Assembly: GCF_018977255.1 (NCBI RefSeq)
Contig: NW_024704749.1
Span: forward strand, 8,556,001 to 8,620,000
DNA from: Callorhinchus milii
Taxonomy: Eukaryota
DNA length: 64,000 bases
Reading direction: 5' to 3'
Part shown: positions 35,434-48,600 of the stretch, in pieces
Layout: every line of letters starts with the position of its first letter
How positions within the stretch are numbered: position 1 is the stretch's first letter
Position numbers and translations under genes: made by a program
The notes under the pieces: model-generated
Seen by the model: the letters and a program-made list of their open reading frames with translations, nothing else
Told to the model about the DNA's origin: nothing
Database searches by the model: none

Positions 35434-36637
35434 GCTTATTTTCATTAATGGTGTTTGGAGGGGTTGACTCCTGAGAAAGATATTGCAGGTCTCTGGTTGG
35501 ATGTGGTGGTGCCCAGGCGTTGGTTAGAGTCTAATCCCTACGGTTCTCATTGCAGGTTCAATCATGCACAGTTTACACATTAATTATGTAGAGCTTGCAC
35601 ATTAATTAAATGGAATTTGCACAGTCACTAAGTTCCTGCTTCTTTAAGAACTCGTCCATAATTCCCAAGACACAGGACTTTCCTCTTCGCAAACTCCAGC
35701 CCAAGCATTAATTTAACAAAATAAGCAAAATAGCTGAAACAGCAACCTGACGTCAAGATGCACATGTTTGTCCCAGTTCTGCCCACGTTGTGCCCTGGAG
35801 GAATACTGCAGCTGCTCTAGCCTCTCATTGTGGCAACATAGCACAATGCTGTATAAATCACAAGCATTCATTAGTACAGAACGCTTCCAGAAATGTGAAA
35901 TGTCCAGACAGCGGGCTACAGCACCAACGCTTGATCCGCACATTTAGTTCAGATATTAACAGTGGGAAGTGCAGGGTTTGGTTTGGACTCTGTCCATCCT
36001 GACATTGGGAGCGGTGTACACGCTGTAACCTGGCTGCAGCCCCTTTTTTTTTTCCGTCCGCCAGGTGCCTTGATAAATGCGGAAACCCACCACCATGCTT
36101 AAAAATCTCCAAACTAAACTGCGATTTCCGTGCATCTCACCTACTCCTGGAAATTCCGGGTATATTGTTGGAATGGATTGTGCACTCTCTCCCTCTCCCT
36201 GGAGGGACGCACGCTGCTTACCTAATTCCGGAAATTGTTAGGAAAGATTGGCAAGAGCCAAGGCTTGACCCCAGAGTGTGCCTTGAGATAACTGCTGGAA
36301 TCTAACCAGCTAAAACTACATAGCTTGTCATTGATATTGCTGTCCAGCAGGCCTTCCCACTGCTTGTTCAGATAGGACCACCCTACCCATTGGGGCTTTG
36401 GGTCATCTTCACTGTACAAATGGAGCCACTGAAGGCCGTTAACCTGAACATGTATCACCTTCAGTCAGATGTCAAATTGTCATCTCTCTGCCATTTTAAA
36501 TGTACACAATGTATAAATAACGTGAAGAATATGGAATGCCTGGTTAGCTTGAAATGTGTTTGTACCCATTTACAATATTGTGGGGAATTGTTATCACTTG
36601 ACCTTTCTACACACTACCAAAAGCAAGTCATTCAACA

Positions 36638-36742
36638 ATTAATAATAATTCTTGCATTTGAATTAGCCCCTTATCACATCTTCCGAGTCTCAAAGCCCTT
36701 CATAGAATATACTATAAAGTGAATTGACTGTATTTTGTGAGG
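36638..36742 (-). mobile_element. SINE 3' fragment just after the MTRFR stop codon
   Basis: Reverse of cacaaaatacagtcaattcactttatagtatattc...aaatgcaagaattattatt. Confidence 0.75.
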
Positions 36743-36756
36743 GGAACAGATTATGA

Positions 36757-37575
36757 CTAGTCACGATCTTGTTTTCCTGAAGATTCTCTTAAAAGTTCTT
36801 CTTTAAATAGTTTTTTTCTCTCTAATCCCTCTCTGGCTTTTCTTCTCTTCTCGTGCTTTCTCCACTCTCCCGCTCGCTTCTGTTTCAGGATCTCACCACT
36901 TTCCCCCCTGTAATGCACGTCCAGTTTTTCCTGCAGAATGCCTCTGGCTATTTTCCGATTTTGTTCCACAGATCGGGTTTGATGGCACTGAAACAAGAAT
37001 TAGACAGAGTAGAGGAACAGCAGAGCTGCCAGCGACAGAAACACTATTAATCTAAAATAAAAACTCTTTATAAAGGTGGGACTTGGGAGCTGCAAAGGAG
37101 CATTTCTTTGTTATATAACTAACCACTTATGCAACAGAAAGAACTTTTTACAGCTCGCATAAAGGTTAAATTGACATGTAATTTTGGAACAAATCTACAA
37201 TGCGTTTCATTATTCGGTGCTACTTTAATGCAAGCAGCCTTACACCAACCAAATGTAAGGTGCCAGTTACATCATCACTAGTGCTAAAGTTACCTTCACT
37301 ACAATTCCGGATGGAATGTGCTTTAACACTACACAGTTACTGGTTTTGTTGGTTGCTTGTCCTCCAGGCCCACTTCCTCGGACAAACTGCTCCTGCAAGT
37401 CCTCCTCTACCACGGCAGGCAGGTGCACAGCATCCTTCTTCCCAGCATCGGGCACCAGCGAGGTGAGCTCTATCTTCAGAAACTGGTTTTCCAGACGGGG
37501 GTTCCACCGCCCCACAGAGCGCGTCTGCGCTTTCGTTAAGGACCGCACGAAAATGCACAGGACAGAGGAAGCCAT
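36757..37575 (-). CDS. MTRFR: Mitochondrial translation release factor in rescue (C12orf65), 170 aa
   Basis: Exons 37575-37294 (acceptor at 37598; donor AAG|GTAACT) and 36987-36757. GGQ motif in [33 protein letters not shown]|[15 protein letters not shown] followed by a basic C-terminal tail. Confidence 0.95.
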
Positions 37576-37699
37576 TGGTGGCGGAGTCTTAACTTTCCTG
37601 CAAAATAATAATAATCCTTACGTTTGGTACAGCGGTGGTGAGGGCGGGGGGGGGGGGGGGAGGACGTCCCGAAGCGTTACACGGGATTATACTGCTAAG

Positions 37700-39300
37700 T
37701 GTAGTGACTGCGTCTTTGTGGGCGGCGATATTGCAGACAGCTCAAAGGTACCCGGAGCAACTTCTTGCAAGACCCTCCGTGAAGCGGAAACGCACGAGGG
37801 TTAACGGTGAGATGCTCCGGCTTTGCGACCTTTAGAAAACGGGCCGCGCCCACGGGCCCCCGGTGCATTTGAGCCGCCGTCGGCGCGTGAGAATTTTAAG
37901 CGGTTGCCGTTTTTTTTTCCCGCGCCGCGGCGCATTCTGCGAAGCGCCCCGAGACGTCTCGGACACAGCGAATGGAGGCGCTCTTGTCGATTGCGAGGGG
38001 TGGTGGTGGTGGTGGTGATTATTATTATTAATAATAATAATAAAAGAAAAAGGGGAGGAAAGGTCAGGGACTGATTTAAAGGGGCCCCTCAGCCCAGCGC
38101 CGCCCCTCCTCTAAATACCACCCAAAACACGGCGCAAAGTGTCTCTCTCTCTCTCTCTCTGTAACATAAAGTCCACAGTTGGCCTTTAGGGCCATCTTTG
38201 GAGCGTGAGTGAGGGGAAGAAGGAGGCGCTCTCTCTGTCTCTCTCACCCGCTCAGGCCTCAGGCCCAGCCAGTGCGCCTGCGCACACAGCCCTCTCTCTC
38301 CCCACCCCCGCCCGCCCAACCGCCCGGACACGCCCCCCTTGTCCACAACCAGCCAATGGGCGCGCACGTCCCGGACCGCACGCGCGGCGCCATTCGAAAT
38401 CCGACGTCAACGGCTGCGGTGAGGCGACGCGCGAGCCATCGAGAGTCCGCTCCCGTCTGTCCGTCCCGTCCGTCCGCGCGCGTGTGCGTGCGTGTGTGTG
38501 TGTGTGTGAGTAACGGCTAACCTCTCGGGGTGGCGCACACGTTACAGGCCTAACGGTAATTTTTTTTTTAACCGGACAGTACCGGGGGGAGAGTGATTTC
38601 ATTGTGAAATTCGTGAGGGCGGAGGGGGTGCGGGGGGGGGGGGGGTTTACGCGGCGGCGACTGAGGAGGAGGAGGAGGAGGGGGCAAACATGTTTACCGC
38701 CGCGGCCCTGAGTCAAGTTGACAGCTCGGCGATGGCGGGTGATTGACAGTTGAGCCGACCACTCAGGTGACCGCGCTGACCCCCCGCCCCCGCCCCCCGC
38801 AAGCCGCAGCTGACCAATGGGGGGGCGGGCGGGGAGGAGAAAGGGGGCGGTGCTGCACCTGACCCAAATGATGGAGAGGGGGGGGTGGGGGGGGGGGGTG
38901 TGTGCAGGGCAATCTCACCTTGTAATAATAATAATAATATAATAATAATCCTTGCACTTGATACAGCGCCTCACCACCTCGTTGAGACGTCTCGAAGCGC
39001 TCCACGGGGTGGGCCGTAAAGCCGCAGCGACCCGTCTTTTGTCCCGAGGGCGAAACCCGGCGGCCGATTGTCCGGGGTCGGATGGCGGGCGAAGAAGCCC
39101 CGTCGTCGTCCGCCCGCGCTCGCTGTTTTATGAACCGTGGGGGGGGTGGAGGCGCGGCCCGCTCCGCTCTTGGCTTCTGTTGAGCAGAGTGCCCACGGGA
39201 TCGTCCGCATTGTTCGCTTTACCAATTCCACCCGCACAGTGGGTGCGTTGGCGGGCAAGCAACGGGGACCTCTCTTAAGAGTATGCGCGTGTGCGTTTGG
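37700..39300. promoter_or_regulatory. Bidirectional CpG-island promoter (MTRFR/MPHOSPH9)
   Basis: CpG-rich. NRF1 TGCGCCTGCGCA 38273-38284, GC boxes, CCAAT 38353-38357 and ~38814, CHR-like TTCGAA 38393-38398, TGATTGACAG 38740-38749. Candidate first-exon donors at 38506 (GTGAGT) and 38767 (CAG|GTGACC). Confidence 0.8.
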
Positions 39301-39681
39301 GGAGAGTCTTTCGTGTCTCACTAACTCGTCCCTTAACGTGAAAATCACGCAAGCAAGCGTGATTTCAGTTTACTTCGGAAATGCAGTAGGCTTAAAGTTA
39401 CGCTTGAAATGTTATGCACCGTGCATTGTTGTCTGTTTGGAAGACATGCACGTTCATGGCTCGTTTTATACAATGTGCTTTGCATACACTGTTACTAAAT
39501 AGGCCACTGTATCTGTCCTATTTTCAATAATTCAGATGTTATTTAATTGGAGATTGTCTATAGGAGACGGGATTGAGATTTAACTATCTTCAAATGATCT
39601 TTCTGTTCTCCTGGTAGATGGCTTCAGAATTTGACGCTGAACAACGCCGTGGTAGATGACCATATTCATCACTACGCTGCC

Positions 39682-42600
39682 ATGGGGGACTCTGATTCCG
39701 AGTCAGTGCGAACTGCTAAAGAATTATCCAATAATTCACCAAAGTCTGCAGCTCATAAAAAAGTTGAATATAATTCCACTGGACAACGCACAGATAACGC
39801 ACCATTTGCAAGCAGGTAATGGCTGAAAATGTAATCAAGAATGAGTTCAGAATAGATTGCCCAACTTGGTTCTGATCATAGAATCATAGAGTCTTACAGC
39901 ACTTGGCCCATTGTACCTGTAACGACTCTTTGAAAGAGCTATCCAACTAGTCTCACTCCCCCACTTTTACCCGATCGCTGCAAATTTGATGAGTCAACTC
40001 TGAAAGTGTCTTTGTGACTCCATTTTTCGAAATCAAGGGAGCAGCTGAGGTACATTGATGGGAATGAAGAGAAAGAGAGCTTTAGTCCCTGTCTAACCTC
40101 ACTATCCCCTGAGTTCTTTTGAGTGAGATTGCCAAATGAATGGCAATATTGTGTGAGGCCATACCAACCATGTTAACAAAAGTAGAAGTCGCTGGGAACG
40201 CTCAGCAGATCAGACAGCATCTATGGAGAAAGGAAATTGAGTCAAGGTTTCGGGTCCACGGCCCTTCGTCAGAACCATGCCAGGCTTGCTCTCGTCTGTA
40301 ACCAGTAGCAAAATCCCCTGCAGCAAATGCATTTGAAATATCTTGTTATATCTAATATTCCTAAGGTGTTCTATTCCCCCCCAACTAGGAGTTGCTCCCC
40401 TTTACATGCCAATCTAAGGAAAAATTTGCTGTCGATTAATCCCAGTTCTCTGGAAACCTTGACTGCTTTAATGCAAGAGATTCAGAACACGAGTGGGGCA
40501 GAACCAGAGGTGCTGAAGAACTGTGAGGTTAGTTACCCGTTTTGGTTTGGGAAATTTAAGGTAATTTAATTAATGATTTGGTGGGTAAAAAGTGCGGTGA
40601 AGATACTGAGCCACAGGAACCAGAAAGATTGCTGATGGTGTACATTTGGGCGTTATATAAATGTAATTTTGTTGTTGTTGTTGGTTGTAATGAATGCTGA
40701 TTATTTGGGGATCGCAGTGGGGGCACCTTTGTTTTCCCTCTTTAAGATTAAATAACAAACTATTTTTAGTTCTGCTAGCTAGCGAGTCCATCATATGAGG
40801 TATGTTTGCGCCTGCACCGTTCGTGCTTGCGTCCCTTGTGTCTGACTCGAGGTAGTGTGTTGGCAGAGGCTAGAATAGTGTGAGTTTCCTATGAGATGGG
40901 AGAATGTGCCCAGCTCTGGTAAATGTGCCTTGCAGCTGGGTTACAATTATTATCTAAATTGGATTATTGAGTTCTATGCAATGTTTCTGTGTCCTCCCGA
41001 TGTGAAAGGCGCTATACAATTGTAATTTTGTTGTTGTTGTTGTCTTGTGTTCTGGGACCCTTCCCTGAGGGACTCTATATAAATGCAAGTTGTTGTTGTC
41101 TATTCTTGCTTTCTAAGATTACAAGTGATCCGTGATATTGTTAAAAGGGATAATGTTCCCTCTCAAACCGTCAACTGAACATTATAAATTATTGCAGCAA
41201 CAGAAGCAATTGCTAGAAATGTCTACGGTGGGTTATGAGTTGGAGTCCACTTTCCTCTTAATGAAAGTAAAGGGATCCCCTCTTCTGAGGCCTGTTTTTT
41301 TTAAAAATGGTTTCTGAGTGGTTACTGTAGAGATGTTTTGTGAAACTGGCTTTGCTGTGTGGAATTTTTATCAGTGGGTTATGTCTTCAGTTCCTTTTGG
41401 CTCCTAATATGTTGTTTTTTTTGCCTATAAATAGGGAAAATGACTTGTGCCGTTAAATACTTGGAATGATTGTGTTTGTTTTAATAAATGTTACCATATG
41501 AAATTGTGGGAGCTTCGGATATAGCATATGAAAGAGCTTTGGATATAGCAGTAAGTTACGGACATGTCTGTCTCTGTGTGGGTTGATAGGCTCGGTGGCT
41601 GCAGCTCTTTAAATTGGTGGAGAAGCAATACCAAGAGCAGATCTTGTCTCAGCAGGACCAATATCAATGTCAGATCCAAGTAAGTAGATAATACATTCAC
41701 AGGAAAGCTTACTGTACACCTTAGCTGAATATTATACTCCTTATGGTGAGGTCTGTTATAATATTAGTGATTCTGTTATCACCCAATGCTGAAAGCGTGC
41801 CAGCAGCTCCCTCTTAATTCACAGGTGCCTGAACTTTTGCATGCTAACTTAATCGCTGACATTATCCAGGAAAGATTAGTTGTTGTTGCTGCAATGCACT
41901 TTTTTTTGGTGGGTGGTAAAACATGGATGGTGTTTCTTTTCCTTAATTACTGCACAAATTTATTCTGTGTGATTTAGATCTTGTGCTATTTCTTATGTCT
42001 AAAATATTTTAATTATGTGGTGTGGCTTTGCTTATAATTACAATAGCCATCTCACAATAAATTTATTTTATATTCTTCTTCTTCCCAGCTTATCCAAGAT
42101 GAAATCAAAGCATTGGTTCAGTTACAAAATGATAGCGGCAGCGCACGCTGCACAGCCAGATCATCTGGCTTTTCAAAATCTGCCAATGATTCCCCTGCAT
42201 CAGGGGCTGTCAATGGCCACCGTTCCCGATGTCTGGAATGTGAAAGGGAATCTAACCACTGTGAAGCAGAGAAATGGCTGCTGGCTGCCGGTCCATGCAG
42301 ACACGAGGGGAAGGAATTGACGAATCACACACTCACAAGTGGGTACGGGACGGTTTCATTTTCCACTGATTCCAGTTTTCAGCCAGGTGTCGCGGATCAG
42401 AACAGATTGATTGCCGAGAACAATAAATTGACTGTGAATGAAAGAGATTCAATTCAACATAATCCGTTCAGTTTTTCTAGTGCTAATGAAAATAGTTCGG
42501 GATCATTTATGTTGTTCCATGAAGACGAGCCACCATTTACATTCAAACCACGTAACGCATCAATTCAACAATTAAAGGCCAACGATGAACGTAAAACAAA

Positions 42601-45600
42601 ATCTACTTCGGAAAGTGCAGCAAATGCAGAAAACCTCCCTGCAGAGCAGAACAGGACTGTTAGGTATGTACAAAGGTCACACAAACTGTGATTGCGGTAT
42701 CAATGGGCTCATTTTACTTTACATCTGCATGCTCATATCTGAATGTAATTGTCTTTGTCTATTTAGAAATCACCAGAATCTGTCTATTTTTTAAGTCAAA
42801 AGTCTCCACAAGGGTGTGCGGGGATATAACTAATAACATCTGTATAGGATAGCTTTGTGTATCCATGTGCCCTTGAGTTAATGATCCCAAAGGTCACAGA
42901 CCATTCCACCTGGTCTGCAACCGTTTGATGGTGTCATGTGGATTTCTCTTCCAGTTTGACGTCTTGGGCACAGAAGGTGAAACAGAAGAATCGGAAGGCA
43001 GAATCTCTAACTGGATGTCTAGCAGACAAAATGCAGCCACAGGGATCTATACAGCTACCAGAGAGCGTAATGCCACAAGATGTATGTGTTTTGTCATTGT
43101 CTGAAGTAAACAAAGTTTGTTCCACAATGCTACACTGATTAACCCATCTTCCCATCTGCCACTTTAGAGGCTTCCATTTGGATATTGTCATTTTAAGCTG
43201 TTACTACACAACAGCTTTTAAAAGCTGTGTAACTATATATTTAGTTGTTATGGCTATATGCAAACATTAGAGTAATTTCCATTTAAGATCAATAAATTTG
43301 ATCTTAAATGGACTTTCCTTAGTCTTTTGAAGAGGAAACATCTTCACTGCTCTCACCTGTTACTAAGCTGTGGGACGTCCTCCCGACGTGAAAGGCGCTA
43401 AACAAATTTAATTTGTTGTTGTAGATATATGTCGATGCAAAATTCCTTGCGTTCGTATAAATTTCACGATTCTTTCTGTTTAATAATGGATTTTTAGTTC
43501 AATATTTCACTGTATTTCAGGTTCACCCAGCATCGGTAAGCTCATCCCAATGTTCCTTCTACCTCAGCAGACCTTCCAGTAGTCCAAACTCTTTGGTGTC
43601 TAATGTATCAGGTAGGTTTGATCCAAAGAATTTAAATGTCTTCATCCCAGCAATCCAGGAAACTTGTTAGATTTTTTTTATTTGCACGGAGTGAAAGTTT
43701 ATCTTTTTATCTTCAGGGCTAACGTATTGGAGGTTGGATGAAGGGGAGCTGTATCGCTCTTTACCCAAGAATAAGAAGTCTGACCTCGCTGATCTCTTTT
43801 CGCCCTCTAAAGGCATTAAAGATGATCAGGTATGTGAGAGATACATCACTCAGTCAAATGTTTGTTTTAAATAGTTCTGTGAGAAGCTTTATGAAGAATC
43901 TTTGTACCTTTTAGAATTGTTTTGTGTAAACCAACCACTTAGGCAACATGTTTGGCTATTCTGCTTTTGTTACTGTTGTTTACTTTTAATTTAAAATGGT
44001 ACTTATTTGATTTCTACTTTTCTTTTTCCAATCTTTGTCATTCATAATTAAATCGATACGTTACTGAGAATGAGGTGGGGAGTGAAGTGGATAGGCAGAG
44101 GTAGCAGATGAGATCTGTTGCCATGGGGGTATGGATGACCAAGGGGTCAATGTAGTAATCCAGCTACAAAACCATAATGGGGATTAGCTTTCTATCTTTT
44201 TAAAAACTGATTAAGAAAATGAAAATTGTTAGAAATGGTACAATGCTAATGACAACCTTCAAATGTCCTACCAAAATAAACCTTCATTTTCAGTCTCGTA
44301 CAGACTCCCGATGGCAGGCTCCTTCATTGAAGGAGATTTATCAGACGAGGCAGAAGGATGTAAAGGGGATACCGGGCCGCCAGTCTGTTTCTCCACGTCC
44401 ACATCAGTCTTCCCCAGAGGTAAGCTATACCAAGGCTGACATGCTTTCAAATGGCTCTTTACATGGATGAGACTGGCTGTTGTCTGTGAAGGACAGTGTG
44501 TAGTGAATGGACTCGTGAGTGTTTGGCTTTGGAATGCAGTGTAAGTTCTAGCTCTTATACTGGAGCTGACACAGGTCTTGCTGGAGGCTGAGATCTCCTT
44601 GTAGTGCCATCTAGCGGCGCTTTTCGAGAATTTACAAAGTTGGGTTTGTGCTGCGGCTTATGTTTGGTGTGAAGAACCTGGGTATTAGTTGCGTAATAAG
44701 GAGCTTTTCCCACTGAGCAATTGAATCCTTTCATGAAAAATGTTGAAGCCCACTGTAGAAATGTAAAGGCAGCATTCTTATAGCATTTATTTTACTGCTT
44801 TAAAAACTAATTTCTCATTTCCCTCTACATCAGGTATTAACACTTGATCCTACTCTACATATGAAGCCGTCTGCAGGGTTTCCTCCGCATTGCCATTTCA
44901 ATCCGCAAATGGCCGTTTCAGAATTAGGTTCCAGGACTTCTGTTAGTCCAGACTCTATGATGGAAACAGCCTCACAAAATCACTTTGATCCCAATTCTGA
45001 TTTGTGTGTCGATGGCACTGCATCTCCGTATTCAAGCAGCTCGTCCAAATTTTCCCAGCAAAAATCTCCGTCACCTTTACAAAGCTGGAAACTCCATCTA
45101 ACTTCACAGCCTTTATCTGATAACAGTCAACGTGCCGTCTCCTTAAAGCAAGTCAGCAAGGCAAGTTCATCTCTTGAGCAAGGGGAGGAGAGCAGTTCAA
45201 CACTGACTCCACCGTCTGTGTCCTGCATTGGGCAGTCAGGGATTTGCAATAATCATAGTGGATCACTGGAGCACAGTGCCTCTGTGTCGTCACTGGAAGA
45301 TCCCATCGCACTATCCATGTAAGTGATTTGTTGCAGGAAATTATGAATTTCTAAAACTAATTGTGTTCTGGGTTATTGCAGAGAGTGGCAAAATTGACTC
45401 GAATCTGACCTTGTTTTATCTTTGAATATTTTCTGTGGTCGGCAGTTGAAAAATCCTGCAGTTGAACATGTCGTCTCTCTTCGATGTGTTGTGATTGGTA
45501 TGGAGCCCGGCAGAAAGAGGAATGGAATCAGCATTCCACCACTCTGTGCGTACTGCTGTCGTTGTCATTGTTCCAAAGAAGAATTCCAGCCGAATTTTAA

Positions 45601-48600
45601 TTTGCATTGAATGAGCATTTCTCTTTCTCTTCCTCCCCACCCAGTTATATATTAATTGCTGTGGCCATTTAAAGCAAAGCTATTAGTCAGAATGTGTAAC
45701 TGCACCGGTGTTACTTTGACTTTGAGTTGAACGTAGCAAGACGCTTTGCAGTAACTTTGTATTTACTCAGGGTTCCAAATAACAAGTGAAGATACACTTC
45801 TGAATGGTAGCGTTGCTAAATGTTCGATCATTTAATACGATCCAGAAAACGTTGCTCCGCTGGTTAATAGATGTTGAGTTTCAGCTAGTGTTACTTAGTT
45901 CACTGGAAAAGATTAATAACTCATGGAATTTCCTGCTAAACATATGGATTCAGGGAATTTACTTGCTTTCCGGGGGAAATGAGTAAAATTTCTTGCAGCT
46001 CAGTTGCTGCTGCACAATATCTCCTGCACTTTCCACTTATAATTCTTCTTTTCTTTCATCTGTTTCTTCTGCCTTGCTACTTCCTTACTGTCTTCCTTGA
46101 GCTTGGGGGGGGGCAGTATATTTTGGCTGCAGTTTTTCTCCATGGCTGGTTCTGCGCAGAAAGTTTTAGCAGATGGGCATGTTTTACTGGCAGAATATTT
46201 TCTCCTCACAATTGTTTACTATTAAAGATAAGCGCTTATATGTTTGTTGAACCCGGGGCCTTGATGCTATAGACAAGCACGCTATTGTAGAATTTTGAGT
46301 TTGGATATAAATTTATGAGTCAGATTTGTTTATTGTGCATAGTTAGCTACAATGCTGAGTATTGTTTTGGATTGAAATTTTATTTCCAGTGCTCGACTAA
46401 ACCTGCGTGAGAAACATGCGCGCCATGTGGCCGACATTCGAGCCTACTACGAGGCCGAAATCAACAGCCTTAAGCAACAATTGGAAACCGTAAATGGATC
46501 CTTTACATTAATTGAAGCTGAAAAGAAACATCAGAATCTTTTAGCAAGGTGATTTTATTTCCCTCCTGTTTTTCTTGCACTTCGCCTTTTTGATGCTTAT
46601 GTTTTGTTTGTATCAGAAGACTTTCCTCACTTAGAATTAGTATTTGAAATAGACATTGAAATCCGTCAAAGCAGCACAGATTAGTTTGGCGCTGATCAAG
46701 GGCTCATTTGGTCATGGGACACTAACAATCACACTATGCTGCAAAGGTATTTATTGAATGGATTGTTAGCTTCATATCTATTAGCCGTTCTCTCATTGTT
46801 GATGGTTTTCCACGAGACGATAAAGGAATTTGGTTACATCACAATGTGAGATTGCGCACTCAGACACCGGAATTCCAAGAACCAAGTGTAAACATCACTA
46901 TTCGCAGCGATGCTGTCCTTGGGTAACTTGTTTTTAAATAACTGGAATAGAAATCTGCCATTTCTGATTCTTTCTGAGATTGCAGATTCTTCTCAGATAC
47001 TGTCGAATGGTTTAGTGAATGTCATTGGTGTAAAATGTTATTCCACGTGGTTTCAGAAACGTGGAAGTTATAAGTAACAATGACGTTTTCAAGGAAGAAT
47101 AACGTCTTGTAAACCCTCCCCAGTAATATGGCATCTGCAAAAACTTCTGTTGTGAATTTTCAGATGTGAACAACTAGAAAGAGCTTTAACTGAAGCTGGG
47201 AGCCATATCCGAGCCCTGGAGAACAAGAACCACTTGATGGAAATGCAGTTGGTGGGTAGATGTGCTTGACCAAAGGAAACTATTATTACCTTTAGCAGGT
47301 AACTTAAACCCAGCATCAGTTTGAGGTAACAGGGGTAATTGCTTAGAAAGTATTTACAGAGGGAATATAGAACCTTTAGGAAACATAATGAGATTTCAAC
47401 ATACCCAGAGATGCCTATAGTACAGTTTACTTATACATTTCCATGTCCTGTTATTTTCTTTCAATGGCTGTGTCTTTTGGTTAGGGTGATTGGCCAGGAC
47501 GCTACGATGCAGTTAGTACTGCAGCACAGGCTTTACAGCAACGACTTGAGGAAATGCGAAAAGGCAACAAGGAGAAAGACAACACCATCAATAAGCTGAA
47601 TGCCAGGCTTAAAGACCTAGAACAAGCATTTCAGAAAGCCTACAAACACTCTGATAATAAGGAGGCCAGAATGAAACAAGAGCACAAAATGTTACAAGAT
47701 GTAAGTTGTCTGTGACTCTACACCACAAGCTTGTCTGGTACTGATTGGCAGTGAGGCCTATTTACTAACTAACTATATTCTGTACAAGAATGGCCAAGCA
47801 GTGGGAGATGTCATTGGGTTGATATTAATGTGGTCGTCCTGCTTTGTATATTATTCTGCAATCCCATGCCTCTAGCTTTAGACATCAGATTGTGCAATTT
47901 TGGGTCTTGATTTTTCTGATGAAAAGTGAATATTGACTTGTTTCGTTACAGTTGCTTGTTGAATACGAGTCACTTGGAAAAGAGCACGAGCGAGTAAAGG
48001 TAATACATATTCCGTTTCAGGGATTAGAAAGAGCAATATGAAACTCATCATTTATTGCAATAAACCCTAATATTACTGTGAATCTAATTACTGTGAACCA
48101 GGAAAGGCTAGTTTTAATGTGAACATTTGCAATTGATGTTCTTGTTTAACATTGTCAGTAATTATGTTTTACTGCCTTCTCCTTGAACAGGAAACTCTAA
48201 ATATCACAGAGGACAAGCTCTTTGATGCAAACTCTCAGATATCCGATCTTAAAAGGTTAGATTTCTTAGATACTCCACTAAGTTTGTTGGGAAGCAAGTG
48301 CATTAACTCATAAAATAATTGCTTTTCCCATTATTATATATAAAAATCGGGGCAATATTGATGTATGGAAAACACAGCTCTGAATAGCATTAAGCAATGT
48401 GCAACACAAGTTGTGTTTGAAGAGCAAGTTGTGACTTGTAGTTTAGCAGAGTTACTTCCCAGTTCTGAGGATACATCTCTCTCTCTCTCTCTCTCTCTGT
48501 TTCAGGGTGGTTTCAAAGCTTGAGGCTCAAATTAGACAAGTAGACCACGAGAGAAACTATATGAAGGGTCGCTCTGGGGCAGATGGCTGTTCACGGACAT

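Noticed and set aside
37316-37804. 162-aa plus-strand ORF
   Set aside because: Antisense shadow of the MTRFR exon running into a TE remnant.
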